From Zancudomyces culisetae HAW-14-8 (Eukaryota > Fungi > Kickxellomycota): DNA of 64,000 nucleotides. Below are positions 47,554 to 58,516 of the stretch, piece by piece. The stretch is from the NCBI GenBank assembly GCA_052426225.1, contig JBNJNM010000021.1:682001-746000 (forward strand), read 5' to 3'. Positions within the stretch are counted from its first letter, which is position 1; every line of letters begins with the position of its first letter. The notes under the pieces are model-generated. The model did not search any database. It was given only the letters and a program-made list of their open reading frames with translations, and was not told where the DNA came from. The position numbers and the translations under genes are program-made.

Positions 47554-50547
47554 TCAAAAGAGCGGGCTCAAACTTTCTAGAAAAGAAACCAGGTTATGCT
47601 TTCTTAACTGCTTAGCAGTATTGAGGCATGCGTTTACAATTGATTTTTTTTGGTCGTTGGTATAGTTTGTGGATTTTGAATCGGGTTTAAGCTGTTCGAG
47701 GGTTTCCAGAATCAGCTTTTCGTTGTATGACTTGGCCTCCATTTTGATTTCCTTGATTAAAAAGGCCTTCATTGCAGTTGGTGTCTTTTGCCGAGACTTC
47801 GCAGTGGCTTGTTTTAGGATATCTAGAGCAAAAGTGCCAAGGTTGTCAGAGCCTAGCAAAGAATCGGTAGTAGGGGAGTGTTTGAGTGACGATGGCATAC
47901 CCGTAGTACCAGTTTCTGCTGGTTTTGAAGGAAATGGGACGGCAGGGGATGAGGAGTAATTACTAGAGTCTGGTTTCTGAGTTGATGAGTCGGGAATGAC
48001 AGAAGATAGGTTATTTGCAGCAGCGGAGCCTTTAAACGCAGGCAGAGCCATCTCTACAGACTCAGGGTCTTTGGTAGAGGAGCTGCGCTTAAAACTCCAG
48101 GGATTGACATTCCAGGACATGTCACCAGGCTCCCAACTGCCGACTAGAGTACGATACCGTGGCACTCTCTTGTGTTGCTGAGCCCAGTTGAGCCGAGGAT
48201 TGGTTATTTCAGGGGTGTCAATAGTATCAATGTTTTCGTTCAGACTCAGTTCGATAGCCATATCCTCCACCTCCTCCAAGACAGACTGAGCGAGAGCAGC
48301 TTCAGCATCAGTCTCGCCAGTACTGTCCACTCCCTGTGTATTTTTCTGCTCAGATGTGTTGGGTTTTCTAGAAATGTTGGTTTTATTTTTGGAAGTCACA
48401 GCCGCGTTCGGCGGAGGTAATCGTCTATTTTTGGCCATTCTGCTGTAGGGATTTCCAAACATGTTTTTACGCAAAAACCTCAGTGTCTCTTCATCCACAA
48501 GGGGATCTCTAAATTCTTGTGCTTGTTGTTTAGCCATAGCACCCTGATATTGACCCATCAGCGAAATGGGAACGCTATGGGCAGAGTCGAGTACTTTGGG
48601 TTTCTCAAGGCTGTCATTGCGCATAAGTGCAGAATTTACTTCGTCAAATGCACCCGAAGGCAAAAACGGACTTAATGGTTTCGGAAATTCGCCTTCTGCC
48701 AAGAGTTGCGGTGATTGTTGTTTTTGGTAGTCGAGACAAACTTGAAATATCTGCTTCCGCATCGCTGCCAGCGAGTCAAGGAGTTTCGAACGAGGTACAT
48801 CAAAGGCATTTGTTATAGGCATTTTAACCTCGCTAAGGGTGTTTGCTTTTGCAAAAGTGCCACCTTCTGGTTTGGTGCTTGGCAGCAGTAGATCCCAGTT
48901 CTTGCGAGCCAACATTCTGCGCTCGCTCACTTGCTTATATAATACATTCATGGCAGCTGAATTTCCATAGTTTTCGCTCATCAAATTTCTCTGCATCCCA
49001 TAAAGAGCCAGCGCACGCCTCAGGGGGTTCGCGTAGTACCCAGGTGTGTGCGACAGATACTGCTCAAAGTCAGCCTTCCATTGCTTAAACGATCCTGCTT
49101 TGGGTGCATTCTCGTAATTTTTTAGTAGCAAAAACAGCGCAGGAAAATTATATGGTAACACAAACAAATTCACTGCTGTTCTCGCCGAATTGGCCCGCAA
49201 AAGCCCAAATGGAAATCCAGCATTGTTTGATCGGTACGAATTCAGCACAAAGACAGGCCAGCACAACGGCGGTGACTCTGGATTTCCTTTTAGCATATTG
49301 TTGGTCGCTATGATCAGATTTTGGCTCACTTTGGAAGATGGATCTATTTGGAACTTGTCGAATGGAAACTTCGGGGGTACAGTCCACGGGACGGCGTTTT
49401 GGCTATAAAAGAGTGTTGGATGTGCTGGTCTACATCCCATAGTCGGTTGTGTCTTTCCTGGTTCACCCAACACGGAGTCTGGCCAGAAAGATTCAGGAAT
49501 AGGAAAATATCCCACAGTTCCGCTTAATACTAATGCAGTGCCTGCCCCAACTCCTATATTTTGGTTTTGAGCTTTGTTCGTTGCTATCGAGCTATTAATT
49601 ATGTTGCTTTCGTGTATCATCAACAGGACTGGAGCACTGGCTTTTGGCACTGGCGCTGAGTCAGTAGGTAGCTTCTCAAAATTAACCACCACTCCTGCAG
49701 TTGATAGCAACCCCATCCCAGTCAGTGGCTTCGCGCCTATTATTTTTCTCGGAGGGCAGAGTTGTTCAATCACTTTGTGTGCCTGTTTTGCTGAGCCTAT
49801 GTGGAATATTCCGCCACTACCTCCCATCACCACGCTCATGGGGGAGAGCAAGTGCTCACTGCTATTAAAACCCTTATAACAAAGCTCTCGATCGTCCTGT
49901 TCGTGAAGAAATAAGATAAACATTCGCTGATCCCACCTGAACGGCTCCTGGTACATTTCTGTCCAGTACGTGTGGGTTGCTGGGATATTCAGCTTCTCCA
50001 GTCCACCATTACTGTTTATTATACTTGTACCATCTGTAAGCCATATAATATTTGTCAATTCGTGTAGCATGGGGTATCGTCCTTGTCCATATGTATCAAT
50101 ATCATATGCTAATCGAACCATCCTCAGCTGCTCAAATATGGTTGACAGGGCATTTCCAGCATTTACTTTATCTACTGCCCTGAGTTCGCTAATTTTTGCT
50201 AACAAAACCTCCTGTGAGTCCTTGAAATTGCTTTTTATACAACTTTCACCGCTTTCATCATACGTAATCAACATGTATCTGTCGTTGGGCTGATTTCCCA
50301 ATTTCTGTAGAATCTGTTCCGCTATACTCTTCGCACAATCAAGTCTAGAAGGTCCATCAGACCTGAATTTTCTCTTAATCTGTTGATGGCCATTCGTACC
50401 TAAACATGAATCTGAATTCGCATCTATTATCCTTCCTTTTCTTCGCCTGATCCGGACTTCCTCATAACTAGCCTCTTCTTGATTATTTGTGCTCTCCAAG
50501 GGACGGCCCATAGACCAGCTTGTGTCGATTAAGAAAATTATAATCAT
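47554..50547 (-). CDS. INTS6: Integrator complex subunit 6 (VWA domain), intronless, 997 aa
   Basis: FLIDTSWSM (MIDAS DxSxS), DTYGQGRYP, LTDG, EPFRWDQR, FPIPESFWP, PFDK, PFGLLRA..VNLFVLPYNFP, HSVPISLMGQY, FGNPY, and a C-terminal helical domain (IKEIK...AKQLRK). Confidence 0.9.
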   Translation of the reverse strand: MIIIFLIDTSWSMGRPLESTNNQEEASYEEVRIRRRKGRIIDANSDSCLGTNGHQQIKRKFRSDGPSRLDCAKSIAEQILQKLGNQPNDRYMLITYDESGESCIKSNFKDSQEVLLAKISELRAVDKVNAGNALSTIFEQLRMVRLAYDIDTYGQGRYPMLHELTNIIWLTDGTSIINSNGGLEKLNIPATHTYWTEMYQEPFRWDQRMFILFLHEQDDRELCYKGFNSSEHLLSPMSVVMGGSGGIFHIGSAKQAHKVIEQLCPPRKIIGAKPLTGMGLLSTAGVVVNFEKLPTDSAPVPKASAPVLLMIHESNIINSSIATNKAQNQNIGVGAGTALVLSGTVGYFPIPESFWPDSVLGEPGKTQPTMGCRPAHPTLFYSQNAVPWTVPPKFPFDKFQIDPSSKVSQNLIIATNNMLKGNPESPPLCWPVFVLNSYRSNNAGFPFGLLRANSARTAVNLFVLPYNFPALFLLLKNYENAPKAGSFKQWKADFEQYLSHTPGYYANPLRRALALYGMQRNLMSENYGNSAAMNVLYKQVSERRMLARKNWDLLLPSTKPEGGTFAKANTLSEVKMPITNAFDVPRSKLLDSLAAMRKQIFQVCLDYQKQQSPQLLAEGEFPKPLSPFLPSGAFDEVNSALMRNDSLEKPKVLDSAHSVPISLMGQYQGAMAKQQAQEFRDPLVDEETLRFLRKNMFGNPYSRMAKNRRLPPPNAAVTSKNKTNISRKPNTSEQKNTQGVDSTGETDAEAALAQSVLEEVEDMAIELSLNENIDTIDTPEITNPRLNWAQQHKRVPRYRTLVGSWEPGDMSWNVNPWSFKRSSSTKDPESVEMALPAFKGSAAANNLSSVIPDSSTQKPDSSNYSSSPAVPFPSKPAETGTTGMPSSLKHSPTTDSLLGSDNLGTFALDILKQATAKSRQKTPTAMKAFLIKEIKMEAKSYNEKLILETLEQLKPDSKSTNYTNDQKKSIVNACLNTAKQLRKHNLVSFLESLSPLF

Positions 50548-51515
50548 TCCACTCTTTTGTTTCCTTTGTTTATACCCTATCTATTTTATGACGATCTCCT
50601 TTTCAAAGAGATTCAAGATTTATTTCCAAAACATTAAACTCTGATGTGGAAATTAAAAGGGGACGATGCAAAAGTTTCCCTCGCTACTGTTTCAGCATGT
50701 AAACGAGCTGTGAAATTGGCAGTTGTCTGCTTTTAAACTTGAATATTGAATGTTTGTACAGAAAAATATTCTTTTACCATACAATTTGACATTGTTTTTA
50801 GTTTGGTTCAAATAAAATTAAAGCTGTAGAAAAAAAAAACAATGCAGACGCAAACACAAACACAAAGAAAAGAGGTCATCAACAAAACCCAAAAATCCAT
50901 TTTCTAACAGTTTCACCAACTCAGTCCCACATTTCACACTTTTTCATACACATGTTTACCCTCTTCCCTGTTTTCTCCTGCCCAGAGTAACTCCAAAAAA
51001 TAAAAAAAATGCCAATAAAATGGGTCCAGAGAAATCAACCAGAGACAAAATATCAGACAGAGTTGCAAAAAGGTTTGGTATTTGAAATTTTGGCATGCTC
51101 ATCCACCATACTCCCTCTAATCGACAGAATATCAGAAAAAAAGCACATCCATATCAACCCATTTGCTTTAATGGATAGGATGCGTAAGAGCCTAAAATAT
51201 AGAATTTTAATAGCCTTTACTCAGCATCAGTCCACTAGTAAGGAATACTTGACATCCCAAAAATACATCAACCTTTCAGCATAGTCCAAGCCAAAAGCTG
51301 AAAAGTATATCCTTAGTTCAAACGCTTTGAACATAGTACAAGTATATCATATCGCTCTTTTGCAAAGGTAATGATTTTAAAGCCAAGTTGGGTACAAGTA
51401 AAAGTAAATATTTATTAGGTTGACAAAATTTACACTGTTTTTTATATAATCTTCTATACGCTATGATATACAATATGGTCTGTAAGGGCGCTTGGTATGA
51501 AATAGGTAGATAAAA

Positions 51516-51998
51516 TCAGGGCTTTCTAGATCTTGCTTCTTTTTCACTATTGTATAAAAAGTCGGCCTTTTCTTTCTTTTTTATCAAGGTTAAAAACTCT
51601 TCCTCAAGATCCTGTTTTTCTTTTAGCAGCTTCTCCCTATCGAAAATAACAGTAACAAGCATTTTATTTCCGTCTCTTGTTGGATTTGAGAAAATCAAAG
51701 AAAAAAAGGATTGAAGCTTTACACATTCAAGTAAACATTAGTTGACAAGACCAACTAATGCCATAAAATTATACTCAAATAAAACAAAAATGAGAATTTT
51801 TCTTAGAATTTTAATGTTTTAATGAATTTACTTTTTTTTTGTAATCTCGTGGAGGCTCAGCTTTTCGTAATCTAGTAGAGAAAGTTCGGCCTTCTTTGCC
51901 TCCTGTGATCTTTTCAATTCGATTCCCATCCACACACCTACCGGAATAACCGAAGCAAGTAAAGTAAGTTTGATGTTTTTCGCAGAAAGTAATGACAT
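51516..51998 (-). CDS. Small hypothetical protein (95 aa): single TM helix + coiled coil, 2 exons
   Basis: Exons 51998-51832 and 51636-51516 total 288 nt in frame with a GTAAAT...ATAG intron. Translation: MSLLSAKNIKLTLLASVIPVGVWMGIELKRSQEAKKAELSLLDYEKLSLHEITKKKEKLLKEKQDLEEEFLTLIKKKEKADFLYNSEKEARSRKP. Confidence 0.7.
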
Positions 51999-52525
51999 TG
52001 TAGAATTCGTCTTTGCTGATCTATTTAAATTATCATGAAACTGTTATTTTAACATTTAAAAAAAAATCCAGCGATATATATCCTTCAAAACTTCATTCTG
52101 GGTATAGCCAATTAGATACTGGATTGAAATACAGGGAAAAACGTGACCAAAAAAAAAGTTGCGGTAAATATTAAAATCGGCTCTACATAATCGTTGAACT
52201 CTGGACAAACTCCGCTAATCTATTTGGCCAAAATCTTCGAGAAAGACTACTTTATTTCTAATCCCTATTTCTCCCACTTTGTTTTATGGAGCTGTATTGT
52301 CTAGAAACTCTGCAACTAGGAACTGAGAATTTCATTTTTTTGAATATATTTTTAACCAAGCTTTTCAAAGATTGCAAATAAACATAAATATATTGTGATA
52401 ATAGTTAGAAACTCGTATAACCATATTGATATCCACTAAACCTAATGTATCTTGGTTTTGTAACTTGTATAGTTCTATAGAAATAAGACAAGATTCCAAA
52501 CTAAAAACGTCAAAAGACATTAAAC

Positions 52526-54542
52526 ATGCCCGAAGATATGCAACGGAACACCCAATGGTACGAGCGGTTAAATCTGAATGGCAATGCAGCCAACATCAGC
52601 GAGGAAAGAAGTACCAGTAGCATAGACACTATAGGCGATGAAGAGCTCAGCAGCTATGGATCGAAGAAAATTTATATCACCTTTTTACTCTGTGGGCTGT
52701 CATCCTTATTACCTTGGAGCGGTATGTACTAAAGCGGAAATGCGGTATATACCATATTTATTTCAAGAGGGCGGAATTGATGATTTCACGACTAACTTTT
52801 TTTACTATATATCTCAAAATAGCAATAATAGTTGCGAATTCATACTTTCAAGCACAATTCAGAGGTAGTCCGTATGAGCTGTCGTTCAATAGCTACTTTT
52901 CGCTGTTTTTCATGGTCTCTGGACTAGTGTTTTTGGCTTATTCATTTTTTACACAAAAGAAGGTAAGTTCGGTTCCTTTAGTATTGCGTTTTAAAATATA
53001 TATATATATATATGCGATGTTATGTTGCTCTATTCAGCTTGCACCGCCGCTTTTCTTCTTGAAAAAAGTAGCTTTACTTTTATTCTGATTTGCAAATACT
53101 TTATACTAATCTAGGAGGAGGATGAAAACCGTGTAATTATAGGCTTTGTGACCAACTTTATTGTGTTTATTGTCTTTGCTCTGATACCGTTTTTAGGAGG
53201 AATGAGCGACCGTACTGTATTTATTTTTGAATGTATTATAATAATTGTCACTGCAGGTGTTACAGGATACTCGCAAAATTCGCTCTTCGCCATAGCTTCC
53301 ACTGTACCGTCGATTAATATGCAGGGGATGATGAGGTATGTTTTATTTTTTTAAAAATCGATACATTATATTAAAAGGGCGGGTCAATTTTCAGGAATTG
53401 CTAATAATTTTGAGTTTATCTTTATAAATCACTTGGTTATTATGGAAACAGTGGTCAAGGTATGTTTATTTTTAAATTTATGATATGCTACATTATTGGA
53501 ATTTTACCAGCACCTTAGTTTCTGTATGACTTTGCATAATTTGATTATCACTTTTACACTCAATATAGCTATTGCTGGTATGGTTGCTGCGATAACCCAA
53601 TTGGTCGGCGCATATGCCTCTGACTTTAAGGGTAAAGACCTAGACAAAGCGGTTGCTAAAGAGATCCCACTCGATTTGAAGCTGAGAACATCTCTTTGTT
53701 TTTTGTTCACTGCGTTTATGATCATCTTTACGCTGTACCGATTTAAAAAGCTTATTTCGAGTGCAGAGTACACAAGATATGTCGGAACAATGGAAGATGA
53801 GCTATTCTTGGATTCCAGCATACAAGATCCCGAACCTGTCGATTTGCCAAACCGCAGAGACGTTTCAGGCGTATTTCGACAAATAAGAAGCTTTGTAGTT
53901 ATCATTATTGTATCGTTTACGATCACACTCGCCCTATTTCCAACTCTTACTACTCAAGTGCGCTCGGTTGGAGGGAAATTTGGTATAGCACATTTACTAG
54001 AATGGCATTTTGTGTTTTTCAATCTCGGTGACTATGTTGGACGTGTCATTTCTATCTACACCGAAAAAATGGCATTTTTGTTAGCCAAGCTCCTCAACAA
54101 GATCAGAAATATGATTTACAAGACAATTGACGCCATCCAACCAGACGATAGCTCACATCAACTAACGATGTATTCTGTTTTACTTCTCTACATATGTTGT
54201 TATGCAAGGTTGGGATTCTTTCCCTATTTGTTCAACTCAAACCTAATGTGCAGAAACGATATTCCCGGTGCTACTGGTGCTACCAGCAGCATTGTACTGG
54301 GTGTGGAAAGCAAACATGCTCTTTTGTACACCGTATTCAGTAGATACGCAGATATTTTCTTCTTGGCTGCAATGTTTATATTTGGCGCTACTAATGGATG
54401 GCTTATCTCTAGTTCTGTGGTGATAGGGCCTCAAAAAAGCCAGGACCCTGCTCTAGCCGGAAGCATCCTAAGCTTTTGCATTTCCTCAGGGTTGGCTATT
54501 GGCGCGGCAATGTCATTCTTGGTATTGCACTACAGCTGTTGA
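52526..54542 (+). CDS. Equilibrative nucleoside transporter (ENT/SLC29, Fun26-like), 5 exons including an 8-nt microexon
   Basis: FLLCGLSSLLPWS, ANSYF, QNSLFAIAS, MSGQAIAG (via microexon), ITLALFPTLT, FNLGDYVGR, FGATNGWL, SGLAIGAAMSF. Confidence 0.92.
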
Positions 54543-55199
54543 ACTTGGGTTATTTGCCCATTTTGTTGTTTATTTTCTAGTTTATTTACCATTGTTGTGG
54601 CTATGATATTGTATTAGCCGTATAGGATATTAAAAAAAGCTTGCAATACCTCGTTTAAAGAAGACTTGTACGTACATCTCCATATTTATTGCCCCTTATT
54701 TATTTATTTCTGGGTGTCTAGTCTCAAAAATAGCTGCTGATGCTGCTAGGCTAGTTTTCCTATGTTTTCCGCAAATTGCTCAATTTGCCACACCAACTTT
54801 TAACAACCTCGGGAAGTTTTGCCAAGCTAAATGGTCATTTGGCGGAACAGGACCGTAAAATTTTTTATTAGTTTTGTGAGTATCTGACGAAAACAATGAA
54901 ATAACCAACCTAATGTGCCTGCTGAGGTGGATTTTTTTTTCCTGAACCACTTGAAATCAACATAGGCTGATTTCTTTGTATTTGATAAATTGGCTGAGAT
55001 TTTTTTTTTTGATAAAGCATACTATTTCCAACATACAAAAAAGAGCGAAATAAATCAATAGTCAAAAATAACAACCGTTGGTTTATTTTTTGTTCATATA
55101 AGAAATAACTAAAATTTGGATATTAAAAGTAGATTAGAAATAATCATACATATTACTTGTGGAAAGCAGTACATTTAATACGCAAATAAAGAGGCTACA

Positions 55200-56739
55200 A
55201 TGAGCAATCAGTGGGGAAACAGAAACCCTTTCGATTTTTTGAACGACACCAAAAAAATGTTTAACAAGAACATGGGTTTTAGATCAGGAGGTACTGGCGC
55301 ACCAAAACGTATTGGAGGTGCAGGATTACTTGCAATTGGTGCCGGTTTGGCTTTCTGGGCTGTAAATGAGAGCTTGTATAACGGTAATTAATTCGCTCAC
55401 TTTTTGTCGAACTCTTGGTGAATTTTTAACTTTGAGCTCACTTTTTGATGCTATTAATATATTGAAAAAGCTGTGAGACATTGGGGGATTAAAATGATGA
55501 AGTACTTGAAATATCAATCATTAATCAATACGTGGTATTAAAACAAAATGAAATAGTTGAGGGTGGTCACAGAGCAATAAAGTACTCTAGAATCTCTGGT
55601 GTGGGAAGCACAATCTATTCCGAAGGAACTCATTTGAAGATTCCATGGCTCGAAACACCAATAATTTATAATGTCCGTGCAAAGCCACGATCACTTCAAT
55701 CTTTGACAGGCTCCAAAGGTAATTTTACTGCGTTCCTTTTCATAATCCATTTAATTTTGCTATTTTTCACATCAGTTGTCTACAGACCTAAGTGGACAAC
55801 GTATGTTATCAAGTAATCGCAATCTTTCTAAATGTTTTTCTTTTTTTTAAAAAAAAATGATATTTATGTGAAACATAAAAATAGATCTGCAGATGGTCAA
55901 CATTACATGCAGAGTGCTTTCTAAGCCAAGAATAGACGCACTGCCCCAAATTTATCGCACATTGGGACAAGATTTCGATGAAAGAGTTTTGCCATCAATA
56001 GTTAACGAAGTACTCAAGAGTGTTGTTGCCCAATTTAACGCTTCACAGCTCATTACCCAGAGAGAAAAAGTAAATAAAAAAATTTATAAACGTAATTATG
56101 TAGCTACAATAAGATATGCATAAACCAAGATAGAAATGATACTAAAATAAACCAAACTTTTCGGTTGTAGGTTAGCAAACTTGTTCGTGAAACATTGGTT
56201 AAAAGAGCCCTGCTTTTTAACATTGTGCTAGATGATGTTTCATTAACTCACATTACTTTTAGCCCTGAATTTACCAGCGCTGTAGAAATGAAGCAGATTG
56301 GTAAGTGATAATTAAAATTAATTGGTATTTTTTCTAGCTGTATTAGTACTATATTATTCCTCATTTCTGATGCGAATGGCCTATCCTGTAAGAACGCATT
56401 GCAGACCTTTTGGTGGATTATGTTATTAATTGAGGGCCATCTATTAAAAAAATAAAATAAATAGCTCAACAGGATGCCCAGCGCGCGGCATTCGTTGTAG
56501 AACGGGCTACACAGGAGAAGAGATCAACTATCATTAAGGCAGAGGGAGAAGCAAAATCTGCACAGCTCATCGGAGATGCTATCAAAAGCAAGCCAGGATT
56601 TCTTGAGCTTCGTCGTATTGAGACAGCTCGTGAGATTGCTAACACATTACAGGCCTCGCAAAATAGACTGTTCTTGGATTCATCCAGTCTTATGCTTGAT
56701 GTAACTGAGAAGAGCGTACAAAATAACAGTAATAAATAG
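55200..56739 (+). CDS. PHB2: Prohibitin 2 (mitochondrial inner-membrane SPFH protein), 5 exons
   Basis: SLYN|[105 protein letters not shown]. Confidence 0.96.
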
Positions 56740-58516
56740 TGCAGGTTGGAAATTGCACTTTGGCTTTATTTTCGGTTACTTTTGAATACCATTGATACTT
56801 AGCATTGTTCTTAATGGTCATCATTTTACATTTTCCCTTTTTTTTTGAACAAAACATGAAAATATATAGTATTTCAGGACTGAGGTCTTTTCAAGAATTA
56901 AGTTAAGCTGAGATGAGTAGCAGCAAAAGAGTAATTGAAGGGGATTTTATTCGCTTTTTTTTCTATGTACTATCGCTAGCACCAAATGATAGAATAGAGC
57001 TGATTACAGCTATGGTGACTTTTTTTCTTAATGAATACCATAACGTATTTAAAGACCTACATAAGATCTGCTGAAGCTAAACTACCACTTGTGTACTTGT
57101 AAAGACTAAAAGTATGCTGATAACATCATCTTATTGAGGTCTCGGCGAAACTCGCCGATTAATATAAAATGACCGACGACTTAGCAAATCGTGAAAAAAA
57201 AACCCACACAGTTTTTATCTGCAGTAAAAAAAAATAAATAGAAAAATCAAAATGCGCTACTAGATGCAATTTAGGCTAGTGGGATGTTCCAAGGTATGCA
57301 TGCATATGGCCAGACCACGGGCATCAGGCTATCCCTATTATATGATAACACTGACACCATCGCTGATGCAAGAAATAAAATTAAAGAAAAACAGTATAAC
57401 ATTCTACGCACCACTGCGCACAATGCAACTGTGACCAAGCTATATGGCCGACCCTTCCTTTTAAATCTCTCTCTCATCTCTCTCTCATATCTTCCCCCAT
57501 CCAGCACATGCAACATAGCATCAAAATACGCAGTACACCTATGAATCCCCGTTTAACACGCTTTGATAAATGTTATGTAACCTTTCTGAAAATCAACTTG
57601 ATGTAGAATTCCTCAATGCTTTTATTCGCTGACGCAATGTAAATCAATTCTGTCATTAACCCAATAAAAAGCTATGTTTACTTTTCAGTTCGTTAATTAC
57701 CAAGATAATTGACCATTAGAATAATAAAGAAAAACTGAACAATATCAGCAGCAAAATAATGAATGTACAAACCGGAAATAGATACGCACAATCTTGTCAT
57801 ATTAGTGGTTAACCTGAATATTTGTATTGTGCAATTCAACGAATCAGCTTCATGTAAAACTGAATGTATTCCCATATCTCCTGTAGTAAGTACTCATACC
57901 GCGAACTACATAAGCCTATTGGATACATACAAAATCATATTCCTAAAACCCCACCATTCTTTTTGGTGGATAAACAATGCATTACTAATAAACGCTTTAT
58001 TGAAAAGAAAAAATTTTCTTTGCAAGTCAATCAATAGGCCGGCCCTTGATCCAATCTGATAGAAAAAAGCTAGGAATAAAAATTTTAATTTGAAATTGCT
58101 ACAAGTGGTGTATAAGGAATCAAATAAAACAAGCTGTATAGTATATTCTTTTTTAAACAGAAAAGAAAGAAAGTATATAGCCTAATCTTCAATTAATGTT
58201 ATTAACTATACAAGGTAACGTTTAGCCACTTATTTCAATTATATATTGTCGTTGGCTAGGAAAAAACAAACTCTCTTAAAAGCCAATAAGTAAATTTTAG
58301 TACAAGAAATTTATTTTGTGAGAAAGGAAAGGGCTGTAAGAAAAAAAAAATTATAATACAGCCAAGATCATAATTAAAAGCAGTAATTGGCTTAACCCGT
58401 ACTACAAACACACTTTTTTCCCAAAAAATATCAGAGAAAAAGACGAAACATTTAGTATAGGCCGTCACATACAGGGTAAAAGAAAAAAAAGCAATACAAT
58501 AGGATTCCTTCGCAAA

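Noticed and set aside
54537-54620. Selenocysteine readthrough at the ENT C-terminal Cys-TGA (some early-diverging fungi use Sec)
   Set aside because: The ENT is complete at this stop, it is not a selenoprotein family, and I see no SECIS downstream; no Sec-type gene or tRNA-Sec was seen in the window.
57066-57074. ATCTGCTGA resembling the LSU rRNA 3' end
   Set aside because: Match of only about 10 nt with no flanking similarity.
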